From assembly GCA_044870765.1 (NCBI GenBank), contig JBIOZG010000028.1, forward strand, positions 16,736-80,735: a stretch of 64,000 nt of DNA, in the 5' to 3' direction. Shown one piece after another: positions 52,538-62,914 of this stretch (its first letter is position 1; each line of letters begins with the position of its first letter). The stretch comes from Nitrososphaeraceae archaeon (GTDB taxonomy: Archaea; Thermoproteota; Nitrososphaeria; Nitrososphaerales; Nitrososphaeraceae). The translations under genes were made by a program, and so were the position numbers. A model generated the notes under the pieces. It was not told the DNA's origin and did not search any database. It saw only the letters and a program-made list of their open reading frames with translations.

Positions 52538-52678
52538 AAGTATTCACCCATATTGAAACAATTCCTTTTTTATATTTGTCTTGTGATTTGAAAACCAAAA
52601 GAGGATGCTGAAATTGTTGCTCCTCATTTACGGTTTAATTTAGATTAAATAACCATGATTCAAAATATTTAGGTATAC

Positions 52679-53605
52679 TTGGATATTAATGATAAAAACT
52701 ATAATCTTTCTGTTGAAATAGATAATATACATCTTCGGAATCCAACAATGCTTGCTTCTGGGATTCTCGGAATATCTCAGAGTATTTTCCAAAGGTTGTA
52801 TAATGAGAATATAGGCGGCATTGTAACCAAGTCCATTAGCGAGAATCCGATGAAAGGATATCCAAATCCCACTGTAGTTCCAATCGGAGGTGGAAGTTAT
52901 CTAAATGCAGTAGGACTGTCCAATCCTGGTGTAGACGCGTTTTCAAGGGAATTATCTAAAAATAAGATAATCCCAATAATGATTAGCCTCGTCGGTTCTT
53001 CAGAGAAGGAATTTTCAAGGATGGTCAAAGTTTTCGATTCATTGAGTATCTTAGGTTATGAAATCAACCTCTCTTGTCCTCATGTTTCTAAAATGGGTAT
53101 GGAAGTAGGCGACGATCCAGAGGCGGTAAATAAGATTGTAAAGACCGTAAGGATGAACACCGCAAAGCCAATTTCTGTCAAAGTGGGTGTAGGATCGATT
53201 GATGTTGTTGAACTTGCAAGAGTGGCAATAGATGCAGGCGCTAATATCATCACGGCCATAAACACACTAAGGGCAATGACCATTGATATAGAAACAATGA
53301 TGCCAATTCTGAGTAATCGAGTCGGCGGATTGTCAGGAACGGCAATAAAACCTATCGGAGTCAGATGTGTCTATGAAATCTCTAAAAATATTAAGGCGCC
53401 TGTGATAGGATGTGGTGGCGTTTCGTCGTGGCAGGATGTTATTGAGTACATGATGGCAGGGGCATCCGCTGTACAAATAGGTAGCGTATTAGGATCTAAC
53501 GGCCCTAAAATTTTCAATCGGATGACTAAAGATTTAAAAAATTATGTTGAAAAAAAAGGAATGAAGAATATCAGCGAGATAATAGGAATTGCCCACAAAT
53601 ATTGA
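52679..53605 (+). CDS. pyrD: Dihydroorotate dehydrogenase type 1B, catalytic subunit
   Basis: NAVGLSNPG, NLSCPH, INT, GGLSG. Confidence 0.96.
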   Translation: MDINDKNYNLSVEIDNIHLRNPTMLASGILGISQSIFQRLYNENIGGIVTKSISENPMKGYPNPTVVPIGGGSYLNAVGLSNPGVDAFSRELSKNKIIPIMISLVGSSEKEFSRMVKVFDSLSILGYEINLSCPHVSKMGMEVGDDPEAVNKIVKTVRMNTAKPISVKVGVGSIDVVELARVAIDAGANIITAINTLRAMTIDIETMMPILSNRVGGLSGTAIKPIGVRCVYEISKNIKAPVIGCGGVSSWQDVIEYMMAGASAVQIGSVLGSNGPKIFNRMTKDLKNYVEKKGMKNISEIIGIAHKY

Positions 53606-54413
53606 TAACAGGAGAATAGTTCGAATTGAACAAACTATTGTCGAAACTCCTACAGTCAAAACTTTGGTTTTTAAAGATAGTTTGAGTCACGCGGCGAAAC
53701 CAGGACAATTTCTAATGATATGGATTCCTCGCATCGAGGAGATTCCAATGAGTGTGATGATAAATTCTAAGGAAGGTTACGCAGCAGTTACAATAAGAAA
53801 ATCTGGAGTTGGCTCCACTGCGTTATTTGAACGGAAGACCGGTGACCTCATTGGTTTACGAGGTCCGTACGGCAACAGTTACACATTGAAAAAAACATAC
53901 AAAAAAATATTGATAGTAGGAGGGGGAACAGGACTGGCGCCTTTATTGAGATTGGCATCCTATGCAAGGAGGTTGAAAATTCAAAGTACTGTGATCATAG
54001 GTGCAAGAACAAAGGGAGAAGTTTTCTTTGAGAATTTCGCAAGAAAAATAATTCAAGATACTGATTCATCGCTAACAATTTGTACGGATGATGGTAGTTA
54101 TGGATTTAGAGGAACGACCGTCGAATTGATGAGTAAAGTATTGCACGAGAATATTTTTGATTGCGTCTTTACATGTGGTCCTGAACTGATGATGAGAAAA
54201 GTTGTTGATTTGTCCAATGAAAATTCAATAGCCGTCCAGGCAAGTCTGGAGAGATATATGAAATGTGGAATAGGTATTTGTGGAAGTTGTTGTCTTGACG
54301 GTTCGCTGGTTTGTCAGGATGGAACAGTTTTTAGTGGAAGACAACTCTCAAAGATGCTGGATTTTGGTATCTCTTATAGAGACAAGGACGGACAAAGAAT
54401 TAACTATTTTTGA
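53589..54413 (+). CDS. pyrK: Dihydroorotate dehydrogenase electron-transfer subunit
   Basis: GQF..W, GPYG, GGGTG, CGP, MKCGIGICGSC...C. Confidence 0.95.
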   Translation: MPTNIDNRRIVRIEQTIVETPTVKTLVFKDSLSHAAKPGQFLMIWIPRIEEIPMSVMINSKEGYAAVTIRKSGVGSTALFERKTGDLIGLRGPYGNSYTLKKTYKKILIVGGGTGLAPLLRLASYARRLKIQSTVIIGARTKGEVFFENFARKIIQDTDSSLTICTDDGSYGFRGTTVELMSKVLHENIFDCVFTCGPELMMRKVVDLSNENSIAVQASLERYMKCGIGICGSCCLDGSLVCQDGTVFSGRQLSKMLDFGISYRDKDGQRINYF

Positions 54414-54558
54414 TCAATTCCATTTGCATTGAATATGCGAAATTGTAGACTGCTTATGAGATTACAGACATTTTTTGTCAATATTTATCAATCCAGAAAA
54501 TAGTCATACTTATCTACTTAGTTTTTATCCAAATCTGCAACTAGCTTCATGTTCTAAA

Positions 54559-54867
54559 ATGAAGAATCGTTCGGAGATCGAAATAATGGCTGCCATCCTT
54601 AATGCGGCAGTTTCAAATTGGGAATACAAAACTACTATCATGATAAATGCAGGTGTATCACATTCTCAGCTAACACGTTATTTGATGACCGCCGTTGATA
54701 GGAAACTAATGGAGTATTCTGAGATCACAGGTTTATACAGGACCGCAGAGGCAGGACTTATATTCATAAAGAAGCACGAGGAGATGTGTAGGATTTTCCC
54801 AGCAATATCTGATTTACCTGAGGTTTCCCACAACAATTGTGTTATTAGAGGTTCTCTAAATGAGTAA
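54559..54867 (+). CDS. Winged-helix transcriptional regulator
   Basis: RSEIEIMAAIL...KTTIM..A..S..QL..YL...YRT..G. Confidence 0.8.
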   Translation: MKNRSEIEIMAAILNAAVSNWEYKTTIMINAGVSHSQLTRYLMTAVDRKLMEYSEITGLYRTAEAGLIFIKKHEEMCRIFPAISDLPEVSHNNCVIRGSLNE

Positions 54868-55304
54868 ATTATCTTGTTGTAAATCTCACTAATTTAGATT
54901 TTAACCTCATTCTAAATAGTCACTGATCTTACATCTTACATCTAACCGAAGTTGTTGAATCTCGACGAACATTAGATTGGTAGTAAGCACAAGACCTTCA
55001 ATTTCATCTGCAATTGATTTGATATTTCTGTTGCTAGATAAAGTCACATTTGTGAAGACAATTCAGCGATTCTATATGCGGCTTTTAGACGTTCTCATCT
55101 ATCTTCAGGAATGTGGATCAAATGCAATATTCCTCAACCTACCATATTTATGAACAAAAAGTTTAATCGTATCAATTACGCTCAGTCAATTTTTTAATTT
55201 CATTCAATGTTTCGGTTAAGTAAAATCACCAAGCTTTTCCTAGCATTCATTTTCTCTGTTTATCAAAATTATATATTTAAGCTTACAAATAATTCAACTA
55301 ATCA

Positions 55305-56165
55305 ATGACTAAAAAAATCGAAACAGCACTGAACGATTGGCATACCAGTGTTGTCAGTAAAATGGCAATAAACGATCCTTCAAAATTGGCAGAATATGCG
55401 CTACACATTTCACGCATTGTAGCATATGATAATTTAGTTATTGATGATGAATTGTCAAAGATTGGTGATATTGGCAGAAAGATTGCAAAGTCTATGAAAA
55501 ACTCATCTGAATTTAGGCCTACTCAATTGATCGAGAAAATAAATCATCAATTGTACAAGGTTGAAAACTTTAAGGGGAATCGAGATGATTATTACAATCC
55601 TTCGAACAGCTTGCTCAATACAGTGGTTAAGAGAAGGACGGGAAATCCTATTACCTTGTCGATACTATACATCCAATTGGCCACTTCATTAAACTTTGCG
55701 CTCTATCCAGTAAATTTTCCGTCCCATTTTATGGTAAAATATGTTTTGGATGATGAAGAAAATGAGATAATAATTGATCCATTTAACGAGGGAAGAATAA
55801 TGGACGATTACTCTCTAAAAGAACTATTGGATCATTTTTATCCTAAAATGAATATTGCTTTAACCAGAAAATTGGTAGCCAAGGCATCAAATCCAGATGT
55901 AATCATACGTATGTTAAACAATTTGAAGACGAGCTTTTTCGAGTGTCAGGATATGGATAGTGCAGAACTTGTTAACGAGATGATATTGAATATCAACAGA
56001 GATGACCAACACAGTCTGAGAGATAAAGGAATGGTGTTTTTACACAAAAAGAGTTATTCGCAAGCGCTAGAGTTTTTTAATCTATACCTAGAAAAATTTC
56101 CCGAAGCCAACGATGTTGATACCATACTAGAATTAATACGAAAGATAAAAACTAATGATTTCTGA
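55305..56165 (+). CDS. SirB1/transglutaminase-like protein with TPR
   Basis: FKGN.DDYYNP.NS, RRTGNPITL, FPSHF, IDPF, RMLNNLK, TPR tail. Confidence 0.88.
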   Translation: MTKKIETALNDWHTSVVSKMAINDPSKLAEYALHISRIVAYDNLVIDDELSKIGDIGRKIAKSMKNSSEFRPTQLIEKINHQLYKVENFKGNRDDYYNPSNSLLNTVVKRRTGNPITLSILYIQLATSLNFALYPVNFPSHFMVKYVLDDEENEIIIDPFNEGRIMDDYSLKELLDHFYPKMNIALTRKLVAKASNPDVIIRMLNNLKTSFFECQDMDSAELVNEMILNINRDDQHSLRDKGMVFLHKKSYSQALEFFNLYLEKFPEANDVDTILELIRKIKTNDF

Positions 56166-56246
56166 AACAATTAGAAGATTCAGAATACAGATTACCCAAG
56201 AGATCAAAAATGATATATTTCTGCAATTCTGAATGTTTCAATTACC

Positions 56247-56627
56247 ATGGAAGATAATTCCCAGTTATTGGACTCTGTGCTCCTCGATGGGTCCAGAAAA
56301 ATAGTAGTGTGTAAAAATGATATTGATCTCAGTAAAAAAAATGTTAACACCATATTCATTTTAGGTGTTGAAGAATCACGAGGCTCTGCAGGCGGAAGGA
56401 TAGGGGGGGCAGGATTTAGGAGGATAAATAAGATTGGTTGTTATGAAATTACAAACGGGAACATCCAAAAAACATTTGAAACTGAAAATGAAGATATTAT
56501 TTCAAATTTTGAAGTGCCATTAAGTGCAGTGGCTATGGACATTGGATTATCAAACGGTACTCCAAAGGTAGTACAGGGAGTCGTCGACGAAGAGCTCATA
56601 AAGTCTTATCTCAGCTTGATACAATAG
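56247..56627 (+). CDS. Hypothetical protein
   Basis: 126 aa, EESRGSAGGRIGGAG motif. Confidence 0.7.
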   Translation: MEDNSQLLDSVLLDGSRKIVVCKNDIDLSKKNVNTIFILGVEESRGSAGGRIGGAGFRRINKIGCYEITNGNIQKTFETENEDIISNFEVPLSAVAMDIGLSNGTPKVVQGVVDEELIKSYLSLIQ

Positions 56628-56799
56628 AGAGCAAGAGCTTGCTTCACATTATCCGATTTACGTATTGTATTCAAAAAGTACGATCAGTTTAAGATTATAA
56701 ATCAAACCAACAAACCAACCAGCCATTGCTACCTTGTATATTCTTTTCATGTCTGTTTATTATGATATAAATTGGGATAGCAATCAATAATATTGACAC

Positions 56800-57597
56800 T
56801 TGATAACACACACCAATTCTATAGCAGTTTTTGATTCTGGATTGGGGTCTTTATCTGTGATTAGACTTTTACGGAGTCAGATCTCCAAAGAAAATATTAT
56901 TTATTTTGCCGATAAAAAGAATTTTCCGTACGGCGAAAAATCGACGCATGAACTGGAGCAAATAATGTCAGAAACCATCAAAATCCTCATAAGTTTTTCT
57001 CCAAAGATAATTGTAGTCGCTTCTATTACTCCTTCCATTCAAATATTGAACAAGATAAAATCCATGAGCCATATTCCGGTTATAGGTGTCTCTATTCCAC
57101 TGAAAGAGGCTTCAACAATTACAAAACGGAAACATATTGGAATAATTGGCACAAGAGCGACCATAGAAAGCAAACAATTAGACGAACAAATTAGGTCGGA
57201 AGTACCTCAGGACATTTTTGTTACTAAATTCGATGGATCAGAAATAATACAAATAGTTGAGAAAGGAATTTTCCTTCAAGATAATAATTACACTTCTGAC
57301 TGCTTATCGCGGATACTTAAAGGGATGGAAGACACTAATCTAGATGTCCTGGTATTATCAAGTACGCATTTGTCTTTCATAAAATCACATTTAGTATCAA
57401 TGTATCCTTCAATAAGGATCATTGATCCTGCCGTTAATGCAGTAAAAGAAATTAAACATTATCTCAAATCACAGAACATTTTAAGAAAAAGTGGTCTAGG
57501 GAGAATTAGGATCATTGTTAACGGAGACAAGGAAGAATTTCAGGGACTCCTCAGAGAAATGGGGCTCTCCGGTCCAGTTGAAAGTTTTGAAAAATAA
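56800..57597 (+). CDS. murI: Glutamate racemase family protein, Cys-less variant
   Basis: VFDSGLGSLSV, YFAD..FPYGEK, GTRAT, IIDPA; ASIT and SSTH at the two catalytic Cys positions. Confidence 0.8.
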   Translation: MITHTNSIAVFDSGLGSLSVIRLLRSQISKENIIYFADKKNFPYGEKSTHELEQIMSETIKILISFSPKIIVVASITPSIQILNKIKSMSHIPVIGVSIPLKEASTITKRKHIGIIGTRATIESKQLDEQIRSEVPQDIFVTKFDGSEIIQIVEKGIFLQDNNYTSDCLSRILKGMEDTNLDVLVLSSTHLSFIKSHLVSMYPSIRIIDPAVNAVKEIKHYLKSQNILRKSGLGRIRIIVNGDKEEFQGLLREMGLSGPVESFEK

Positions 57598-57681
57598 TGA
57601 TGGCATTTTTGGCTGATAGAAATTTTTGTTTCAATTTAACCAGCGATTATGTTAAATATTCATAAATCCCCTCTTTAGAAG

Positions 57682-58188
57682 ATGGCAAGCCGACCTAATT
57701 GGGACACGTATTTCATGCTTCAAGCAGAGGTGGCTAAGTTACGATCAAATTGTTTGAGTCGTCAAGTTGGTTGTGTAATAGTTAAAGACAATAGACAAAT
57801 AGCTACAGGATATAACGGCACACCTTCTGGTATCAAAAACTGTTTCGATGGAGGTTGCCCAAGATGCCTTGACAAGCAGAATAATAAAATAAAATCTGGT
57901 GAGAATCTAGATAGATGTTACTGTACTCATGCAGAAGCAAATGCGATAATGCAATGTGCGCTTTTTAGAACAGGCAGTACTAAAGGTTCCACGCTCTATT
58001 CAACATTTTCACCCTGTCTAGAATGCAGTAAGATGGCCATTAGTGTAGGAATTGGTAGGATAGTGATTCTTGATTCGTATCCCGAGGACGGTATTGAAAT
58101 ATTAAAACAAGCAAGCATTGAGATATCTAAATTAGAAAAGGGCGATATTTTATCCTGGATTTCAAATTTAAAGGCGGCAAATACCTAA
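57682..58188 (+). CDS. dCMP deaminase
   Basis: RP.WD.YF, GYNG, HAEANA, PCLEC. Confidence 0.92.
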   Translation: MASRPNWDTYFMLQAEVAKLRSNCLSRQVGCVIVKDNRQIATGYNGTPSGIKNCFDGGCPRCLDKQNNKIKSGENLDRCYCTHAEANAIMQCALFRTGSTKGSTLYSTFSPCLECSKMAISVGIGRIVILDSYPEDGIEILKQASIEISKLEKGDILSWISNLKAANT

Positions 58189-58349
58189 ACATCATCATAT
58201 TCTATGTCTATTTCTGATACAGTTATAATCAAACAATCTTTTTGAAAACTGGTTTTGTTTTTAAATTATATTTTTCAAAATAGAATACTATGAAAGTAAT
58301 AACATGGCCGAATGAAACTCATTTATAAAATATTTACCTACCAGTAAAT

Positions 58350-58916
58350 GTGACATTGAGTAATACATTTTACCGTGGTTTGAAATCGACAATCATTATG
58401 ACAATCCTACTAACCACTGTAATTATCTATACGGCGGTCTCTCATCAATTGCTATTTGCTCCTCCGCCCGAGATGATGGTTGATCCGACACTTCATCCAG
58501 AGAATGTTACTGCATCTATTGGCAATCTTATCATGGTTAGCTTTAGTTCGGGCACAGGAATGAGAATGCCTGAAGCCGATAAGCCGACAATGGAGGTTTC
58601 TTATGTAGGTGGCGGTAACTATAGGGGAACTACCAATATTTCAGACTTCGGAACTGTGATGATTGAATCAGGAGCAAATGGATCGTCTACAATTCATGGA
58701 CATGGAATGATAATGGATTTGAAAGGTGAAGTAGCAACTTATAGAGTTCAAGGTGTTGGCAATATGGGTTCTGACGGATATTTTAGAAATCATGGAATGA
58801 TATTCTTCAATCCTTCAAGCGGTGTATTTAGTGGACTTTCAGATACTGTTGGTATATTTGCAAATGAAGTAAATCAAAAAGGAAATGCAGTAACCAAAGT
58901 TTGGCAATTACACTGA
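58350..58916 (+). CDS. Secreted/membrane-anchored beta-rich hypothetical protein
   Basis: N-terminal TM, Gly-rich beta strands, C-terminal KVW. Confidence 0.7.
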   Translation: MTLSNTFYRGLKSTIIMTILLTTVIIYTAVSHQLLFAPPPEMMVDPTLHPENVTASIGNLIMVSFSSGTGMRMPEADKPTMEVSYVGGGNYRGTTNISDFGTVMIESGANGSSTIHGHGMIMDLKGEVATYRVQGVGNMGSDGYFRNHGMIFFNPSSGVFSGLSDTVGIFANEVNQKGNAVTKVWQLH

Positions 58917-58969
58917 GCTTTTGTAGGGTTGTAGAAAGATATATTAGATTGGGAACAGGAATTAAAAAT

Positions 58970-59113
58970 ATGACTAGTCCAAAAAGAGACATGTACGTCT
59001 GCTTTTCAGAAAATGAAATGCGTTTCCTTGAAGACTACGCTAGAAGAAAAGGAGCACTGAATATTAGTCAGGCTTTGGAATCCTTATTGAATGAAAGAAA
59101 GAAGGAAAATTAA
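58970..59113 (+). CDS. Small ribbon-helix-helix-like protein
   Basis: MYVCFSENEMRFLEDYARRKG..NISQAL. Confidence 0.6.
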   Translation: MTSPKRDMYVCFSENEMRFLEDYARRKGALNISQALESLLNERKKEN

Positions 59114-59164
59114 TTTTAATTAGTATTATTATCATTAATTCTGAACCGATACTAAAAAAATAGG

Positions 59165-59503
59165 TTAAGGCTTGTCTTTAGACTTTGTACCTATGTCTAT
59201 CGTTTGGTCTATGTCTGAAATGAAAATTTTTCCTTCTCCTGCGAGCCCAGTACTAGTACTTGCTAGTATTTTGTTTACTACTTGTTCAACAAGCGAATCA
59301 TCTACAACAGTAAAGATAGTTAAATTGGGGTTAAATTCTGGGGTATAAAGAGAAGTTCCCCTTCCCGAATGCACTGCTGCTGGAGGATTTAGTCCTCTTC
59401 CTTTTGAATCATAATAAGTAAAACCACCGATGTTCAATTCTTTCAATGCAGAAAATGCATCTGACATTTTTGACTGCGGTATAATCGCCTCTATTCTTTT
59501 CAT
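59165..59503 (-). CDS. glnB: P-II nitrogen regulatory protein
   Basis: MKRIEAII, KGRG T-loop, TG..GEGKIF, IDIGT. Confidence 0.93.
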   Translation of the reverse strand: MKRIEAIIPQSKMSDAFSALKELNIGGFTYYDSKGRGLNPPAAVHSGRGTSLYTPEFNPNLTIFTVVDDSLVEQVVNKILASTSTGLAGEGKIFISDIDQTIDIGTKSKDKP

Positions 59504-59627
59504 AGTTACTAGTGTATTCTACTACTTTTATTAAAATTTTCTTGTCTAAAAATCAATTTTAGACAATATCGGTTAAAAAGATCTTTAAAATCATAAACTA
59601 AAGTAGAATAAAATTAGAATAGTCAGT

Positions 59628-59831
59628 TTATTCCGAATGAATTACCGCGTTTTTTCTATTTGTGAATATCCCCACGAATATGACGGCGATTCCAACTCCT
59701 ATTATAATCATGTCCGCAGGGATCAAGACTGCCGCTATTTGATTAACTGTACCATAAACCCATAACATGATGCCGAAGAATGTTAGAGATATTCCGGATA
59801 TTACTTCTCCATTAAGTCCAGCCCCAACCAT
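59628..59831 (-). CDS. amoY: Putative archaeal ammonia monooxygenase subunit AmoY (2 TM)
   Basis: 67 aa, two TMs with PAD motif; recalled similarity to AOA amo-associated small proteins, not searched. Confidence 0.55.
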   Translation of the reverse strand: MVGAGLNGEVISGISLTFFGIMLWVYGTVNQIAAVLIPADMIIIGVGIAVIFVGIFTNRKNAVIHSE

Positions 59832-59883
59832 AATAAATATCCATAATGCCTATAAATAAAAATCATTTCATTCTACAATAGAG

Positions 59884-60240
59884 CTATTCGGATCTCATTC
59901 TTTCTGACCGTTTTTTCCATGCAAACAGCATGAAAATAAACGGAATAGTCATCACTGTTGTTGCAATAAGAACTGGTTGAACAATGGCCATGTCTACAGG
60001 TATCCCAATGGCCATGAAGTAGGGAAAAGGATAAAGTCCGGAGACAAAGAACCACATTGCAACAATTAGCGCTATATACGGTAGGTTCCTTTTGAGAAAA
60101 GAAGACTTTTCTACATTAATTGAATTACATCTTGTACATCGTGTTCCCTTGCGGTTTGTACATGACGAGCAAATTACTTTAGAACATATGACACACGATC
60201 TATCACCGAATCTAGAGCCACATATTTCACAATTTTTCAA
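59884..60240 (-). CDS. Zn-finger membrane protein
   Basis: Four CxxC pairs followed by two TMs. Confidence 0.8.
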   Translation of the reverse strand: MKNCEICGSRFGDRSCVICSKVICSSCTNRKGTRCTRCNSINVEKSSFLKRNLPYIALIVAMWFFVSGLYPFPYFMAIGIPVDMAIVQPVLIATTVMTIPFIFMLFAWKKRSERMRSE

Positions 60241-60354
60241 CTAGCAAAATAATGGACACCGATATGTAATAATGTTTTATTCATTAGAGCCTTGGACTAC
60301 CAATGAAATGAATTATTCTAGATCCTAATTATTGCCTTCTAGCCTATTTCCAAT

Positions 60355-60639
60355 CTAGCCAGTTGTGTTTTGTTTGATATCTCTTAGAGATGGCGGTGTT
60401 AACAAGATACTTTGATTCTTTATTACTTCATGCTTGGGCAATCCATATTCGTCTCTTAGCTCTGCTTGTTGAACATTAATTCTTTCGGCGGAAAAAGACG
60501 GTCCTATATGACCAAACATTAGATATGCGATTATAACTACTGCAAGAGATAGGCCCATTACGAGTATACTCAAGGCTACACCCTTCATATGGAAGTATCC
60601 TCCTGTAGAATGAATCTTGTCGTCGTGGGCCGACATCAA
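60355..60639 (-). CDS. amoZ: Putative archaeal ammonia monooxygenase subunit AmoZ (1 TM)
   Basis: HDDKIHSTG, one TM, QQAELRDEYGLP...TPPSLR; recalled similarity, not searched. Confidence 0.55.
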   Translation of the reverse strand: MMSAHDDKIHSTGGYFHMKGVALSILVMGLSLAVVIIAYLMFGHIGPSFSAERINVQQAELRDEYGLPKHEVIKNQSILLTPPSLRDIKQNTTG

Positions 60640-60742
60640 CAGAGTAACTTACGCAAGTACATAAAAGTATTTGGATTGATTGATTATGTACATAAATGCA
60701 GGGAACTGCAAATAAATAAAAACTTGAATCATCAAATAGGGA

Positions 60743-61207
60743 ATGATGATTGAAGAAAAATTAGCATCTATTGGTATAAGGTTATCGAACCCGCCCCAAC
60801 CTATTGGTTCCTATGTTCCTATTTTGCAGAGCGGAAGGTTGATTTTTGTATCAGGACAAATTCCGCTGGTCGCTGGATCTTTGCCAGAGAACTATGTAGG
60901 CAAAGTGTCAAGTCAGGTTTCCATCAATGATGCAATGGCTGCTTCAAAACAATGCACAATAAACGCACTCGAGCACATAAGAAAATATTTGAATAATCTA
61001 GAAAAACTATCGAAAATTGTTAAGATAAGTGGTTACGTAAATAGTGATCCCTCATTCAAAGATCACCCAAAAGTTATCAATGGAGCATCAGATTTTATTC
61101 TAGAGGTTTTTGGTGAAAAAGGAAGACACACTAGAGTCGCCGTCGGGGTCAATAGCCTTCCACTTAATAGCGCCGTAGAGATTGACATTCTGTGTGAAGT
61201 CGAGTAA
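60743..61207 (+). CDS. RidA/YjgF family protein
   Basis: GSYVP, VSGQIP, NGAS, GRHTR.AVG...LP...VEI. Confidence 0.93.
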   Translation: MMIEEKLASIGIRLSNPPQPIGSYVPILQSGRLIFVSGQIPLVAGSLPENYVGKVSSQVSINDAMAASKQCTINALEHIRKYLNNLEKLSKIVKISGYVNSDPSFKDHPKVINGASDFILEVFGEKGRHTRVAVGVNSLPLNSAVEIDILCEVE

Positions 61208-61353
61208 CGATTAGAAGCCCGACAAAACCATAGACTTGGTTCTCGGATATATCTAATATTGTTAGGTCTTGTCGGATACCTAACTTTATTTTTACGCAGA
61301 GAATAGGACAAATAAGAAAACTCTTATTTGCCGTTTGTTAAATTTCATATTAA

Positions 61354-61875
61354 TTGGATATACTAGAAGGAAACAGCCTCGCAAAAAATCTTTTTGAGAG
61401 GTATTCTGCTAATTCTCGCAATTGGAAATTTGCTGTTTCTGTATCTCAACTGAACGGAAACTTTTATGATGCTATTGTAAGCAACCCTAATGAGGTATGG
61501 CAACTGAAAATTGATTCTATCTACAAGCCTAATCCTTTGATAGTAGGAACAAAGGTTGATGTAGACCCGGTCAAATACAATGATAACACCCATATGCCAT
61601 TTGGGTATAGAAAATTGGACCCAAAAAAGATTGGAAAGATTTTATCCGATGTTGGTGAAGATGAAGACACCAATGCTCTAAGTTCCTATATCACTTCTTT
61701 AATTTCATCAGCGGAACCTGAAATACCGACTCCCGATAACAGCTACGCGTACGGACCATTCTTATTTACACAAAAGAATCCACTCAAAGTTGATGAATAT
61801 CAGAAAAAAGTTTCGGACAGATTGGCAAGCAGGCTCAAGGATAAACTTAGAGTGCTCTATTCCAGCTACGGTTGA
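61354..61875 (+). CDS. Hypothetical protein
   Basis: 173 aa ORF, WQLKIDSIYKP. Confidence 0.7.
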   Translation: MDILEGNSLAKNLFERYSANSRNWKFAVSVSQLNGNFYDAIVSNPNEVWQLKIDSIYKPNPLIVGTKVDVDPVKYNDNTHMPFGYRKLDPKKIGKILSDVGEDEDTNALSSYITSLISSAEPEIPTPDNSYAYGPFLFTQKNPLKVDEYQKKVSDRLASRLKDKLRVLYSSYG

Positions 61876-61973
61876 CTTTAAGTACAAATAGTACCTTTCT
61901 AAGCCCTGGACATTTTACAAAGTAAACGGTATTTCAATCTAGAATAATACTACTTCTTAGTAACTAGAGAAAA

Positions 61974-62047
61974 TGGGGCCGGCCGGATTCGAACCGGCGG
62001 CCTCCAGCGCCCAAGGCTGGCATCATACCAAGCTAGACAACGGCCCC
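61974..62047 (-). tRNA. tRNA-Pro(TGG), no intron, CCA not encoded
   Basis: GGGGCCG/CGGCCCC acceptor stem, CCAGC-CTTGGGC-GCTGG anticodon arm, GGTTCGAATCC T-loop. Confidence 0.97.
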
Positions 62048-62286
62048 GTATCTATGGTTTAGCAATTGCCATATTCCAAGTATAATTTTAACTTTGAGAT
62101 ATTCAATTGTTAAATTACATGGGTCAGAGCAAAATAGAAATGGTTCCTTTCACTGCAATGCGAGTTCAGGCTTTTCTGCTAGTCTGGAGTTCATCAATAT
62201 ATCTAAATATCAATAATGTCTGACTAACAATACTGCGGCCCAGTCGCACACACTTTTTAAATAACTTTACGCCCGTTACGTTCGAT

Positions 62287-62472
62287 TTGAGTGGATTAAA
62301 ACTAAAAGAGATAACACACACTTGGGCATCGGGCACGGGTGGACGGTCAATTAGCATGCTGATACCTAAAGCTATCGCAAGAAAACACGGAATGGATAAG
62401 CCGGGGAGCATTATAGTAGAAGATACTGACGACGGAATTTTAATAAGAAAAATAGATTTGGAGCATCTGTAA
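62287..62472 (+). CDS. AbrB/MazE/SpoVT DNA-binding protein
   Basis: SISMLIPKAIARKHGM...IVE...GILIRK. Confidence 0.85.
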   Translation: MSGLKLKEITHTWASGTGGRSISMLIPKAIARKHGMDKPGSIIVEDTDDGILIRKIDLEHL

Positions 62473-62582
62473 ATTTGAATAATGGAGCACGGGCCCCTAG
62501 AAGCCCATACACCCAACTAACATACGACACAGCCACGAAGATAACAACCATGGTGACCAACCAAGGAGGTTATTAATCGGAC

Positions 62583-62777
62583 ATGAATAGATTATTCAGG
62601 AGAGTTCATAAACTTAGCGATTTTGAAGTTGAGGTTTTAGAGAGACTAGACTCCATACTACTTGCGCAAGCAACGGAAAGGCAAGACTTTAGGCAGATCT
62701 TCAGGGAGCTCCTTAGGCAGGAGATCGCTCGGGCCATAAACGAACATGCAAGAAAAGGATGGCGTCAAATAGCATGA
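62583..62777 (+). CDS. Small hypothetical protein of the element
   Basis: 64 aa, GGAGG upstream. Confidence 0.6.
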   Translation: MNRLFRRVHKLSDFEVEVLERLDSILLAQATERQDFRQIFRELLRQEIARAINEHARKGWRQIA

Positions 62778-62914
62778 ACTCGAAGAAAACCATTCGTGAC
62801 GCACGATATTATGCCTAGGAGATGCGGATTTTGTGGGAACGCTACCATCACAACATTACTAAGGCAAGTAAAGATAATGACAAAGTAAAAAAGGAGGAAC
62901 CTGATAAGAAATGA
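62774..62914 (+). pseudogene. 47-codon ORF with an in-frame TAG
   Basis: ATGA-coupled at both ends (62774-62777 and 62911-62914); single TAG at 62816-62818. Confidence 0.55.

Noticed and set aside
54900-55200. Possible gene remnant on the minus strand
   Set aside because: Short open stretches with no recognisable family
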